Assembly: GCA_013239625.1 (NCBI GenBank)
Contig: MU054001.1
Coordinates: 6,993,078 to 7,057,077, forward strand
Reading direction: 5' to 3'
Length of the DNA stretch: 64,000 bases
Source of the DNA: Lama guanicoe
Taxonomy: Eukaryota
The notes under the pieces: model-generated
Databases searched by the model: none
What the model saw: only the letters and a program-made list of their open reading frames with translations
What the model was told of the DNA's origin: nothing
Program-made: the position numbers and the translations under genes
Shown here: piece by piece, positions 40,240 to 52,700 of the stretch
Numbering within the stretch: position 1 is the first letter of the stretch
Layout of the letters: each line of letters opens with the position of its first letter

Positions 40240-43200
40240 GTGAGCAGCCGCCACGCCGGACTGGAGGAGCTGCCGCCTGCGGCAGGCCGTGTCCGCGGCG
40301 GTGGGGGCGTCGGGACCCCTGCCAGGGCGCCCGGAGCGCGGGCCTTCCGGACCTGGCTGGTGTGGGTGGCAGTGGTGGGCGGGCGAGCCCCTGACCCACT
40401 CAGGACGTTGAAGTCGGGAGGCTCCCTGGGTTCCCCGCCTCCCCTCCCAATCTGGCCTCAGCTTCCGCGAGCCTGGAGGGAGTTGGGCGGGGCCGGGAAT
40501 TCCCACTCCGGCTGTCTGGGTGGGCTTCCGGGGGCTTTGCGTGCGTTTGTCTGAGTGGCGCATCTTTTAAATTTGCATCTCAAAGGAGATCCTGAACCAC
40601 ACTCCCCTCTCCCTGAAACCTGTTGTCTGGAAAATCTAGCTGAATTAAGTGCAGGTTTCCACGGTCACCCTTCCTGGCTCCATTTCTTTGCAGCTATGAG
40701 GGATCAGATTTTAGCCCAAGGGTTTCCTTCCAGGCAGTAAGTGGAAATGCCTTCTCTGGGATAACGCTGTCATCACCAGCCAGGCTCTTGGCCTTCTGTG
40801 GGGCTCATCCCACCTGGTGTTCTGGTAACTTTTGCTGTCACCAGCCATCCCTGCTCCGACTAGTCATGGTCTGGCAAAGCCGTTAAAGGGTGGATTCAGG
40901 AATTTGATTGGTTTCTCCTCTTTCAGGAACGCTTGGCCTAGACAGCTGCACTGAACATTGAGGTCAGGTGACATGCCCAAAGGGAGGGGAGCCAATTTGG
41001 GACAGAGTGTAAAAATAGAACTCAGGTCTAATTCTCAGTCCTTTCCACCTCTGCATGGAGATTCCATTTTTCTCACCCTGATATTTTAAGCTGGTTCAGG
41101 TTCTGCTTTAACATTTTTAGTTGTATTGTGTAGTGGAAAGGGTCCTGGCGAAGTGAGAAAACATAGATGTGACTTAATTGCACTAGTAATCATAACCCCT
41201 CTTGTGAACTGGCAGAAGTCACTTGGCTTCAGTTTCCCCATTTGGGAAATAGATAATGGTGCTACAGAGCGGTGAAGATGAAGTGAAATAATGTGTGTAA
41301 AGTAATACTTTCAAATTGGCCCTAAAGAATTGTGCTCAAGTAAGGTATTCTCCTTTCTTTTTATTGCATTAACATACACGTAACATAAAATTTACCATCT
41401 TAATCATTTTTAAGTGTACAGTTCAGTGGTATTAAATACATTCACATTGTTGTGCAGCTGTCACCACCGTCCATTGCCATAACTCCTTACACCTTGTGAA
41501 CTGAAACTATACCTATTGAACAATAACCCCCCAGTCTCCCCTCCCTGCAGCCCCTGCCAACCACCATTATACTTTCTGTCTTTGTGACTTTGACTAGTCT
41601 AGGTACCTCCTATCAGTGGAATTGCACAGTATTTGTCTTTCTGTGACTGGCTTATTTGACTCAGCATAATGTTCATCGTGTTGTAGAACTTGTTGTAATT
41701 TCCTTCCTTTTTAAGGTTAAATAATTTTCCATGACACTTATATGTTACAGTTTGCTTGATATATACACATACATATTTTTATTTCTTTCCATTTATATAT
41801 ATATGTATATATATATATATTTATGTATCACACTTTGCTTATTCATTCAGCCATTGTTGGACACTTGGATTCGTTCCATGTTTTGGCTATCATGAATAAT
41901 GTTGGCTGTGAATGTGGGTGTACATGTATCTCTTGGAGACCCTGCTTTCAGTTCTTTGGGGTATATATCCAGAAGTGGGATTGCTGGGTCATATGGTAGT
42001 TCAATTTTTAGAATGTTTGAAGAACTACCACACCATTTTCCACAGTAGCTATACCATTTTACATGCCTTCCGACAGTGCACAAGGGTTCCTAGTTCTTCA
42101 CATCCTCGCCAACACTTATTTTCTTGATAGTTTTTCTTGTTGTTTTTTGGATAATAGCCACCTAATGGGTGTGAGGTGAAGGTATTATTTCTTTAACAAA
42201 TGTTCATATCTATATATTATGTGATGGGTACTGTTGTAAGTGATTAAAAATAGTTTACTTCTCTTAATTTAATGGAAGTAGGCATACGATTTTCATCTTT
42301 CCTTTGTAGGTGAGGAAACTGAGGCACAGTGAGATTGTCAAACAGCAAGTAAGGTCATGATGTGCTCTGAGGCTCAGGTGCACTGGTGTCTGTGAGTGGG
42401 AGACCCTTGAGTACACATCCATGGGGGTCACATAATTCTGGTGGCGTGAACAGGGGCAAAGAAGTGGAAGGAAGGAGGAAAGGAAGGAGAAATTATGAGG
42501 GGTGAGGGAAGAGAAAGACTGCTGCAAATAACAGTCTCAGATACCCTCCCTGAAACCACTGGAAATGACTTTGCCAGTCTAAATGCTACCTACCCTCAAC
42601 ATTGTTTATTTAGTAGTTGTTTTGTCTATTAAAAAAGATCGTATTACCCAGAATTAGATTTGCCACTGACTGAATTGCGTCTTGTACAACGTAATTACAA
42701 ACACCCTAAACCTAATGCGATTAGCATTTTCTAATCCTTTCCTTAGACACAGGCATTGAAATTAGTGAGGAGGAACCTAGTCGCTTTGGTGAAGTAAACC
42801 TTACGTGTTATTAAGAATCTCTCATCCTTGTTTATTGAGGGGCACTGGCCAGCTGATATTGTAGAAGGTAAAGGAAGTCTTCAGTTTGTCTGAGGGGGAG
42901 CATAGGAAATCAGCTGTTTTTAAATGCAGTTTTATGGAATTGTTTCGGGGAACAAATGACCAAGGTGTTTGACCATTATAAGTTGCTAGCTCTAGTAAGA
43001 ATCACAGATAGCTGTATCCTTTGAAAGAGAACTTAGGGCAATTTCCACTGAATTGAAAAACAATCCTGTTCCTCTGCCTCTCTGAGAAACCTAACTTGTA
43101 AAGGAATTTGAGTTCTTACTGTTTTGAAGTAGAATTTGAATTTTGAGATATTTTTAAATTTAGAAAACTGGTTTCTTCTGACAATGATAGAGGTAAGTAA

Positions 43201-46200
43201 AGGATCATACCCGAATCCTCGTTTATATTTTGTTTGGGATTTCTAAGTAAGGATGTGAAAATAGAAGCAGTCTCTAAGCACCAGAAGGGTCTGGGATAGT
43301 TGAGCCTGCCTATTTTTGTCGCTCTCTTAGGTTTGTTCCAAGATGAAGATTCATGCAGTGATTGTAGCAGTCATAAGCCAGGTAGTAGTTTACAGAGTTT
43401 TGTGCCTGAAGGAAAAACTCACTTTCCAGAAATGTTCCAGACAAGTCAACTTTTGTTCTATGAGCGATTCAGAGCATATCAAGATTACATTTTAGGTGAG
43501 TAGGTTCTCTCTTTTGGTTTCTTTTATCTTTTAATTTACAAGTAGATTGCCTCAGTTCCTCAGCCTGCCGGTTGTTGGTTCTGAGAAAGTAGATTTAAGT
43601 GGATTTATTAACTTCTCTCTGCTTTATGCAGTCCCAGTTCTTATTGTGTTCAATTTGTTTGTAGCTGACTGCAAGGCCTCTGAGGTAAGAGAATTCACAG
43701 CTGAGTTCTTAGAGAAGGTCCTCGAACCATCTGGATGGCGGGCAGTCTGGCACACTAGTGTCTTTGAGGTGCTGGTTGAGGTAAATTTAATTCTGTTGTT
43801 AAGACATTTATTTCTAGCTAAAAACACTTTCCCTCAAACTGTTATGGCCAAAGTGCTTATTTTTAATTAAAGTTTATCAGCTGATTGAAAATAGCATGTT
43901 TTTCACATCTAATTGCCGTGGTGTATGAAGTGTTGTGAAAATTTTAAAGGCAACTGAGGAGGAGCTGGGTGGCTTGTCAGTGTTCTCCAACAAGGGGAAA
44001 CGGATTATAAACCTATGATGTGGGGGAGGTACTTGAGACCACTTTAAAAACAATCAGGTCTAATTATAAAGTCAATGGAGTTTGATTTAATTTTTTACCT
44101 TCTTAGCTGTAGCCCACTAAAGTAGCTCAAACCAAACAAGCATTTTAAAACTAGCCTATTTTTTGCTTAACAAATTTGTAGATATGTGGTTAATCTCTTG
44201 ATACTGTGTCCCCATTGCAGAAGGTAAAAACAATCTTATTTTTCAACTGCCTGGGTCTTTTACATTAAATTTGCTCTCTAATTACAGCTGTGAATTTTTC
44301 CCAGCGTTTGTTAACTGGACCACGAAAACCCCGGTTAAACTAAAATGTTAAACCGGGGAGTGTGAATATAAGTTGTGGCTGCATCTCCTTTAGAAAATGA
44401 CATCACAGACTGCAGTGATTATGTTTGAGGCAATGGTCTGCAAGTAGCTAGCTGTTCCTTGTGAATTTTTAAACTTTGGATTACGTGAATATCTTTGGTT
44501 GCAGTTCAGGCCTATCAATTTGGTTATGATAGTACCTCCCTCCCCCACCCCCTTCCGCCAACTTCAATTCTCTAAAAGCAGTGAAAATCATCGTTTTGAA
44601 AGAGAAATGAGCCTTTTCTCTACTTAAAACTCTAATGCATTGCGTTTACCAAAGGCTTGGTATTAGCTTTCTGGCTTCTCATTGTCCTTCCGAAGCCCTT
44701 CCTGCCGTGGTCTCCTTGCCCCTCTGTCACCTCACCTCCTGCTGCCCCCACCTTATTTCTTTAGTTCTACCAAGAAACGCCTCTGCTCCTCCAGCTGCCA
44801 GGCTTTCTCTGCCTCAGGGCCTTTTGCATCTTTCCTGCCCTTTAGATCGCTGCTTCCTGTTTTCTTGAAGCTTAGAAATAACTTCCCCTGACCCGCCCAG
44901 TTAAACCAGAACACCGCCCCTGCTAGTTACTCTCTGTCACATACTCGTAGCCATCTTGTTTGTTTATTTGTTGCCTCCATTACAGTGTCATCTCCATGTG
45001 GGTACAAGCCAGTCCTGTATTGTTTATCCTTTATATTGTGGAATAAGGCTCCCCATTCCTATTTCATGCTTTAAAAAAATCAGGTTATTAGTAAAGTTTT
45101 AGATGTGTATCTTAATTTTGATTTCTATAAATCACATTATTTTAAATTTCAGGTCACAGATGTGGACTTTACAGCCCTGAAGGCGGTGGTGAGTCTTGCC
45201 GACCCATACCTCTGTGAATCTCAAGTGAGCACTTTTACTTTGGAGTGTATGAAAGAGCTCCTTGATCTGAAGGAACACCGGCTGCCTCTGCAGGAGCTGT
45301 GGGTAGTGTTTGATGATTCTGGAGTATTTGACCAGACAGCACTTGCAGTGGAGCACGTCAGGTAGGAAGGAGGTTGATTAAAATAACCTTGTGGCCAGAA
45401 ACTGGATGGAATGCAGTAATTCTGGTCTGTATTACACCTAGATTTAAAACTCAAACTGTAAGCCTGGTTACTGCAATATTTAAAGACAGGAGAATCTTTT
45501 TTAAATTAAAAAAAAGGATTTAATGTTTAAGTTTTTCATTTTAAGGTCATTTCAGACTTACAGAAAAGTTGAGAAAAATAGTACAAGGGATTCCTGTATA
45601 GCTTTCTCTCGGTGTTTCCAAATGTTAAAAGATGCATGCCTGTGGTTGAGGTACTTGAATATAAGAGGAAAAGAAAGAAAGTGGTATCCCATCATCTATG
45701 CACTGATGAGACTGACATACGGTGATTTCACGGGTCTGTCTGGCCAAAGAAGGTGTTTTCTCAGGCCTCTTCCAGTTCATGCCCTTCAACCTTTTTTGCA
45801 TAGTTGGTTTCCACTTGGCACAGGTGCCTTCCTATCCCCTTACGTGATGAGAGTACCTACCTGGATTAATAGCTATGCTTTTTTTAGTTTTTTCAGTTAA
45901 TTTTTTTGTCAGATGGCTTCCTGAAAAAGACGGTTCTTTTGAATCTTCTTTTTAAAAGTATATTCACTGAAGAAAGCTTATTTTTGGCTATTTAAAAACA
46001 GACATATTCCTCTGTGAACTGAAAGACTGGATAATATAATGGTCATGTTAATAATGTTTCTTAGTGTTTTGTAGTTCAAAAAGTTCTGTCCAGTTTGTAT
46101 ACCATTAATTAGTTAACCTGGTTTTGCGAGGTTAATTTAAATACTCTACAAAGAAGCAGGGTCTCTTGTTTGGGTCCTGCTTCTGACATCCCATGGAAAA

Positions 46201-49200
46201 TTTCTGACTGTGGGTATTCAATATTAGGCCAAACAGTATAAATCTGAAGAACTGGCTTGTGCCCAGAACCAAAATCACTTCCCTTTGTTTCTCTCACTTA
46301 AAAAACCTGTCAGTTGAAGCATTTGACCATAAAGGGATAATTGATGAGTTTAGGAAATTAAAAATCAGGTTGCTAATCTCTCATGGGTATAGAAGTAGGT
46401 AGAAAGACAAGTATCTGAAATTAGAAATAGTATTATTTGAAGGAGAGCCTGGCTAAATTAGCCTTCATTTTAAAGGCTCAGATTCTGGTCAGTGCCCAGA
46501 AAAGGTGAAATGATGAGGGTTTTCATTTGTTTGTTTTATTCAGTGAATGTTCGAGTGCCGGGCCCTGAGTTGAGGTTGAGGTTTGACTGGTGCAGAAAAC
46601 AGACACAATCACCATCACCAGGGAGCTGCCAGTCCAAAAGTGGGAGATGAACCTTGGTGAAATAATCACATAAAGATGTGTGTGTGTGATTGGAAACTGC
46701 AGTGGGTGCTGTGAGGGACCACAGAGTGTTCTAAGACAAGGTCATGTTGTTGTAATGTGGTTATTTCCTGAGGAAATGGCACTTGAACTTGGGTGTGAAG
46801 TGTTGGCTAGGTGAAAGTGGTTGTGGCAGGATTGGGGAGGGAACAGGTTCCGCAGCTCCGTGAGTTTAAGGAGCCGAAAGGCCAGTGTGGCTCTAACACA
46901 GTAATGTAAGAGACAGGAAACCAGCTTAGAGGTTGTCAGGGGTCAGAAGATGCAGGGCTTTTTGCCAGCCAATGAATCATTTTTGTCTTTACGAGCAGTG
47001 GGAAACCATTGAAGGGTTTCCAATCAAGGGTGAATATGACCAGCTTTGCATTTTGAAAGGTTCATTTTGGCTACTGTGCAGAAAAGAAGTGGAGGGAGAT
47101 GTGATAGGGAGACCAGTTAGGAAACAATAGAGTGAACTAGAGTAGAGACATGGGGAATACAGATTAGGCTTATTGAGAAAGCAGGACGGCTAAGACTTGG
47201 GGGTGGAGTGGATATGGGAGAAGTCAAGGCTGACTCCCAAGTTTCTGCCTTGAAAGAATAAACACTGGAGTAAGTGGAGGTGTGAATGATACGTGAGTGC
47301 CCAGTATTGTACTGGTGAGGATATTTGAGCTGGGTTGTGAAGTGTAAAGAAGGTGGAAGGTACTTCTGGCAGCCTGACCAGGATGTCACAGCAGGTTTGA
47401 AAGAGCTTGTGAAATTGGGAGTTTGCGTGCAGGACTCTGAGGCAAGAGAGGCGCTCTAGAGCCAGATTGTGAGTCCATGTAATATCACCAAGCTCAGGAA
47501 TTTGGATTTTATTTTGAGGAGAGAAAGGAGCCAACAGCATCGTTTTATTGAGTAGAGGCATGCTCAGGTTTTTTTGTTTTCTCTTTTTATTTTTTAAGAG
47601 ATGGATTCTAGACAGTGTGGCAGTCTAATCTACAAAAATGAGGAGATGGCTTCATTTTCACTGCTCCTTTTCAGCTTTTTGACAGAGTTATATATAGTCA
47701 CAGTCTGTACTTTCTGGCATCTCAATAATACTTCTATTTCTGCACAGCATCACTGAAATTGTGCTTTGGTTAACCATATTCTCACATCCAGTCATCACTC
47801 CTCTGATCTCATCTTGCCCTGACCTCTTGGTTACGTTTTAGTTATTTGATCTTTCCCATCTTCTTAACACACGCTCCTCCCAGCTTCTGGGACACCACCA
47901 GTATGATAGGGTGTCATGGCTTGCTTTCTTAGTGAACTTGGCTAGCTCTTCTTCGCATGCTCAAACTTGAGAATGTTGGAGTTACCCATGGGTCAGACTT
48001 AGGCTATCTATTCTTTTCTCTCTCTAATCAGCTTTGGAAACATATTAGAATCTACTGGCAATTTTCTTGGTAGGAGTATTCCAACTATGCAGAAAGAATG
48101 ATAAAATGAGACTATTAGTATTTTCCAACTCATAATAAAATAGAAGTTTCAGGCAGTGATCATCATTGGCTGCCACAACCATTGGTGAAAAACTGACGGG
48201 GAACTTTGTAGTCGATGGATCAGTCTGACAATATCTGTATCCATTGATCATTCTTAACCTCAGCAGGAGAGATGACCGGGTATCATGTGCTTCCTAATGG
48301 AAGTACACTATACTTCCCTTGAAGTATTCTTGCCAAGAAGTCTTTCCTAAAGATGATGAAGTCTGTAGTTTTTACTGTCAATTTACTAGAAATAAAGGAA
48401 ACAGAAGAACATGTTAAATGACCCCATGGGGATGCAATCAGTAAAACTCACAGAGTGTTGGAAACTATTACATAAATTGCAAGGTGGAAAAGAAGGAGGG
48501 GTCATCTATAGAGTAAAAATGATTTAATTAAATTTGATGGCTGACCCTTGTTTGGATCCTGATTTGAACAAGCTAACCGTAACAACACAAAAGAGATAAC
48601 ACTGACTGGATATTTGGACATTAAGGAATTAAAATTTTTTTGTATAAAGATTCATTTTAGATTTATTAAAAGTTTATGAATGATATGATATTGTCTGAAA
48701 TTTCCTTTACAATAATCCACTGTGAGCTTGGTGGGGGTAGCAGAACAGAGAAAGAAGTAAGTGGGTAAGGTAGAGATGAAATAAGATTGCCTATGAGGTA
48801 ATAATTGTTAAAGCTGGGTGATGGATGGGTGGTAATCATGATACTATTTGCTTTTGTATGTTTGAAATTTCTCCTAATAAAAATTTTGTTAAATCACTTG
48901 GGGAGCTTTAAAAAAGTATGTGTCCTGCCTAGCTCCTCTCCCAGCCCCCACCCAAGAGATTCTGATTTATTGTTCTGAGCTAGGGTTGCAGATCAATTTT
49001 TAAAAGCTTCCCAGAGGACTCTAATGTGCAGCCAGGGTTGAGAACTACTGCTTTATATTATGTCCCTGGATGATCTCATCTGTTGCTTTAATGCCATCAA
49101 TATGCTGACAACTTACAGATTTATGTCCCCAGCCCCGACCTTTTCCTTGAGCTCAGGTCTTGTATATTCATCTGTACTCCTGATGTCGTCCACTTGGAGT

Positions 49201-49700
49201 TTAAATAGGCATCTCATCCTGAACATGGTGAAAACAGAACTCTTTATTTTCAACCCTAAACTAGTTTCTTTCCCTGAACAAATGGCACTACCTTCCACCC
49301 AGATACAGATGGTCAGTAAATAGTTCTGATAAAAAGAAGTCCTAATGGAACCAATGTTGTAGAAACATTTCTGTAATCAATCTGAAGAGGTTCCTGTGTG
49401 ACTCAACGACTGTCAAGTCTAGCTAATATGTGATGCTCTCTACCATAGTTGATAGAACTGTTTTGATTTACTCTTTAGCCCTTACCCCTCCAAAACCTTA
49501 GCATTTTGCGCCGGTGATTGGATTTGATGCTAATTTCCTTTTCAGGTTTTTCTATCAAAATATTTGGAGAAGCTGGGATGAAGAAGAAGAGGATGAGTAT
49601 GATTATTTTGTCAGATGTGTTGAACCTCGATTGAGATTGTAAGTATTTATTAGTGGCTTTGCATGTTGGAAAAAAATAGCTATTCGTGGTTTCACTCGTG

Positions 49701-49735
<35 letters not shown>

Positions 49736-52700
49736 CTCCAGGAGCCTACAGAAGAAACAGACTGATATACAAATATATCAGTATAACCCACTGATAAGTT
49801 ATTAAATAAAACTCGTACAGGTGCAGAGATACCTACCTTTAGTATTTTTATAAATTGAGTCTAAAAGCAGAGAATTCAAGGACATGTAAATTAACAGCTC
49901 ACTCTTCTGTAAACCGAATAAAACTCAATTGGGCTAATACATTAAAAAAACCTCTTTCTTAAATTCAAAGACAGTTTTTGAAAAACAGTGAAATTAATTG
50001 ATTTATAGAAGAATTTCTTTTAAAGAGTACCTTTAAAGACATATGGCTTTACTCTAAGTTCCTGCAGTAAAACATAGTAGGCCAAACAGATTTACCTCAC
50101 GATGTTTTGTCAAGTTCTTGTACTTAAATCTTATTTGATAAATAGATGAAAATACTAAATAGTTAATATTGATGGTGACTAAAAACTTCTCAAATACCTA
50201 AACAAACCTAATACCTAACACATACCTAAGCAAACAAAATACCTATCTACTTTCTTTTGAGTTTTCATATTTTGGTAGGGACAAACGCTTCCTCTATAAA
50301 AATGCCCCAGATTAACCATGTAGCCTGAATAGTTGTCCTGCACTTTGTTAATTGTGGTTTTTAGTCTTCCAGTAGATGGTGTTGTAAGACCAGGTAATTT
50401 TTTGGTATTGGTGCGTGGTAACTTAATAGGCAATGCAGCATTTGTAAGAATGAAATTAGACCTTGCATGCCAAAAAAAATTGTAGAAGGTAATTTTTCCC
50501 CCCAGTGTGAAAGATTTGGTTACGTAAGATAAAGCAGTAACTCTTTACATTTCTCTGGAACCTAGTTTGATTTAGTAAGTTTCTCTTGGTTTAAATAGCA
50601 AATAAATAAAAAAAAAATGTGAGAAGTCTGGTTAATGATTTTACTTGGTTTAGAATTATGTATGATTTCAGCTTTTCATAAATTGGCTGTGATTTCTATT
50701 TAGCCTTTCCAGTTTTTCCATTGTGCATTTCCTGTTTTCCCATAGTATATTCAGTAAAATGCCAGAATTTCAGAGAGTTTGCATATTTTCTAGTTTTGAT
50801 ACACTTGCTCTTAAAGAGCAGTGAATGGTTTTGATTAAAGTGAATGTAATGGTGGGTGAACATAGTGTATCTGGCAAATCTGATTTTTACTTGGGAAAAA
50901 GTTGTATTCCGATTTGACAGCCTTACATGTTCGAATAATGAGAAATGATTTACATCATATCTTGTACATCACTGGCAGGTGGGAAAACATAAGGGAGGAA
51001 TGTTATCAGTTGAGAAGAAACTATGGTACTTGATGGGGAAACTGGACGGTTATCAAATGTAGGCAGACCCTTTGAAAAGGTCTCTGGGCTAAGACAGGAG
51101 TACAGCTATCCACAGGCAAGATTTAAAGAGACTCAAAGCATATTTTCTTGATTTTTGCATTGTGAAATAAATATTATTTCTTGTTAATTTAAAGCTCTCT
51201 GCTTCAAAGGTTATGGGTCTGAAACACAGATGTTGGTTCATTGTTTCCAGACTATGAAGCATCAGTGTAATGAGGAGAAATAACCTGATTGGCAAGGATA
51301 TTAGAAATGCTAAGAAACTTATTTTAAAATTTGAGTCTTAACCTTCATAACTTAATAGACCTGACCAAGCAGTCATTGGTTGGTCCCAATTTCATGTTTG
51401 CAAAGTGGATTTCTGGAATATCTTTAAATGAGTATGGATTAACCAAAGCAGACAAAATCCTTGCTTTTCAAGCTTCACCTAATTCATTTACTTGAAAAGT
51501 GGGAAAAATTTTTTTCATTCATTTAAACTATTATTTAAATGTTCCCTGTAATTTGATGTAAATTTGTTTAGCTTCTAGTTCTGGTTTTTTTCCTATCTTA
51601 TTTATATTTAGAGCATGGCTAAGTTAAGAAGACGTTATCTAAGGCAATAGTTCTCAACCTTGGCTGTGCACTAGAATCCCTAAGGAACTTTAAAAAATAT
51701 CCTTCTACTTCTAGAGACCAATTTAATTGGTCTGGTTGGGGACCTGAGCATCTGTATTTTTGAAATCTCCCCAGTTGATTCTAATATGCAGCCAAGGTTA
51801 AGAAGCTCTGGCCTAAGTCTATATACTTTTAACTGAGAAATAAAGCAATTACTTTAAAACTATAAGTAATGACAATAATAGTGCAATTTATCTTCAAACT
51901 TATTAATTTCATATCCATTAACTTAGTTGTACATTTATAAATTATTGTATCTATAAATACTTTTTGTTCTGTCTGTATATTTGAGAAGGTATATAAATTA
52001 ATAGTAAACTTTAAATGCCAATGAGGTTGTCCAATACAAGGTTATTTTGTTTTAATCACTCTCTAGTAACAGCTTTATTTTCGTTCTCAGAATCTCAAAG
52101 ATTTATGTTTTTGAAATATTCTAATAATCTTCCTGAGGGAATATTCAGCATAATTTTGCACCATAGTGCTTTAAATGCAGGGAAGTATTAGATGATTTGA
52201 ATTATTTAAAGAAAAATTTTTTAATGGAGGCACTGGGGATTGAAACTAAGGACCTCGGTGCATGCTAAGCACGCACTCTACAACTGAGCTATACCCTCCC
52301 CCTGAATCATGTTAAATTTTTGATCCTGTAAGTGTGGTAATCTTAAACATTTTTATGAAATTATGTGTGATACTTTGCTCTCCACTTCTACCTCCAGATT
52401 GTCCTCTGTCACCTACTTATTAAGATTTTGAATCTAATATATGACAAAATAATTCCTTATCAAGTAATGATTACAAATTGTGCAACATAAACTTTCAGTG
52501 TTTCAAAGGCACAAGTGCTTGGATCTATGGAAAAAAAAACAGACACCTCAAAAGAGAAAAATTAGTGACCTTAATGAAGTGGTCCTTAAAATTTTAATAG
52601 CTTCCACTTATAGTAAAGTGCTATTCAGAAAAACTTAACATGTTCCTGCGTTATACACTATAAAACACTTTTCTTACTGGATCTTTGAGAACTAAATGGG

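Larger units (their letters stand above)
39930..40560. promoter_or_regulatory. SHCBP1: CpG island, SHCBP1 promoter/exon 1
   Basis: Abrupt rise in GC and CpG density around the ATG; GC boxes (GGGGGCGG, GGGCGGGG). Confidence 0.92.

Noticed and set aside
39732..40394. 220-aa ORF and overlapping GC-rich ORFs on both strands
   Set aside because: Stop-poor CpG island. Only 40131-40239 matches SHCBP1, and it ends at a canonical donor.
52225..52298. Possible tRNA-Ala gene (also 22273-22350)
   Set aside because: Mutated T-arm/B-box, extra 5' GGGGGA, A-rich tail and TSD indicate SINE copies.
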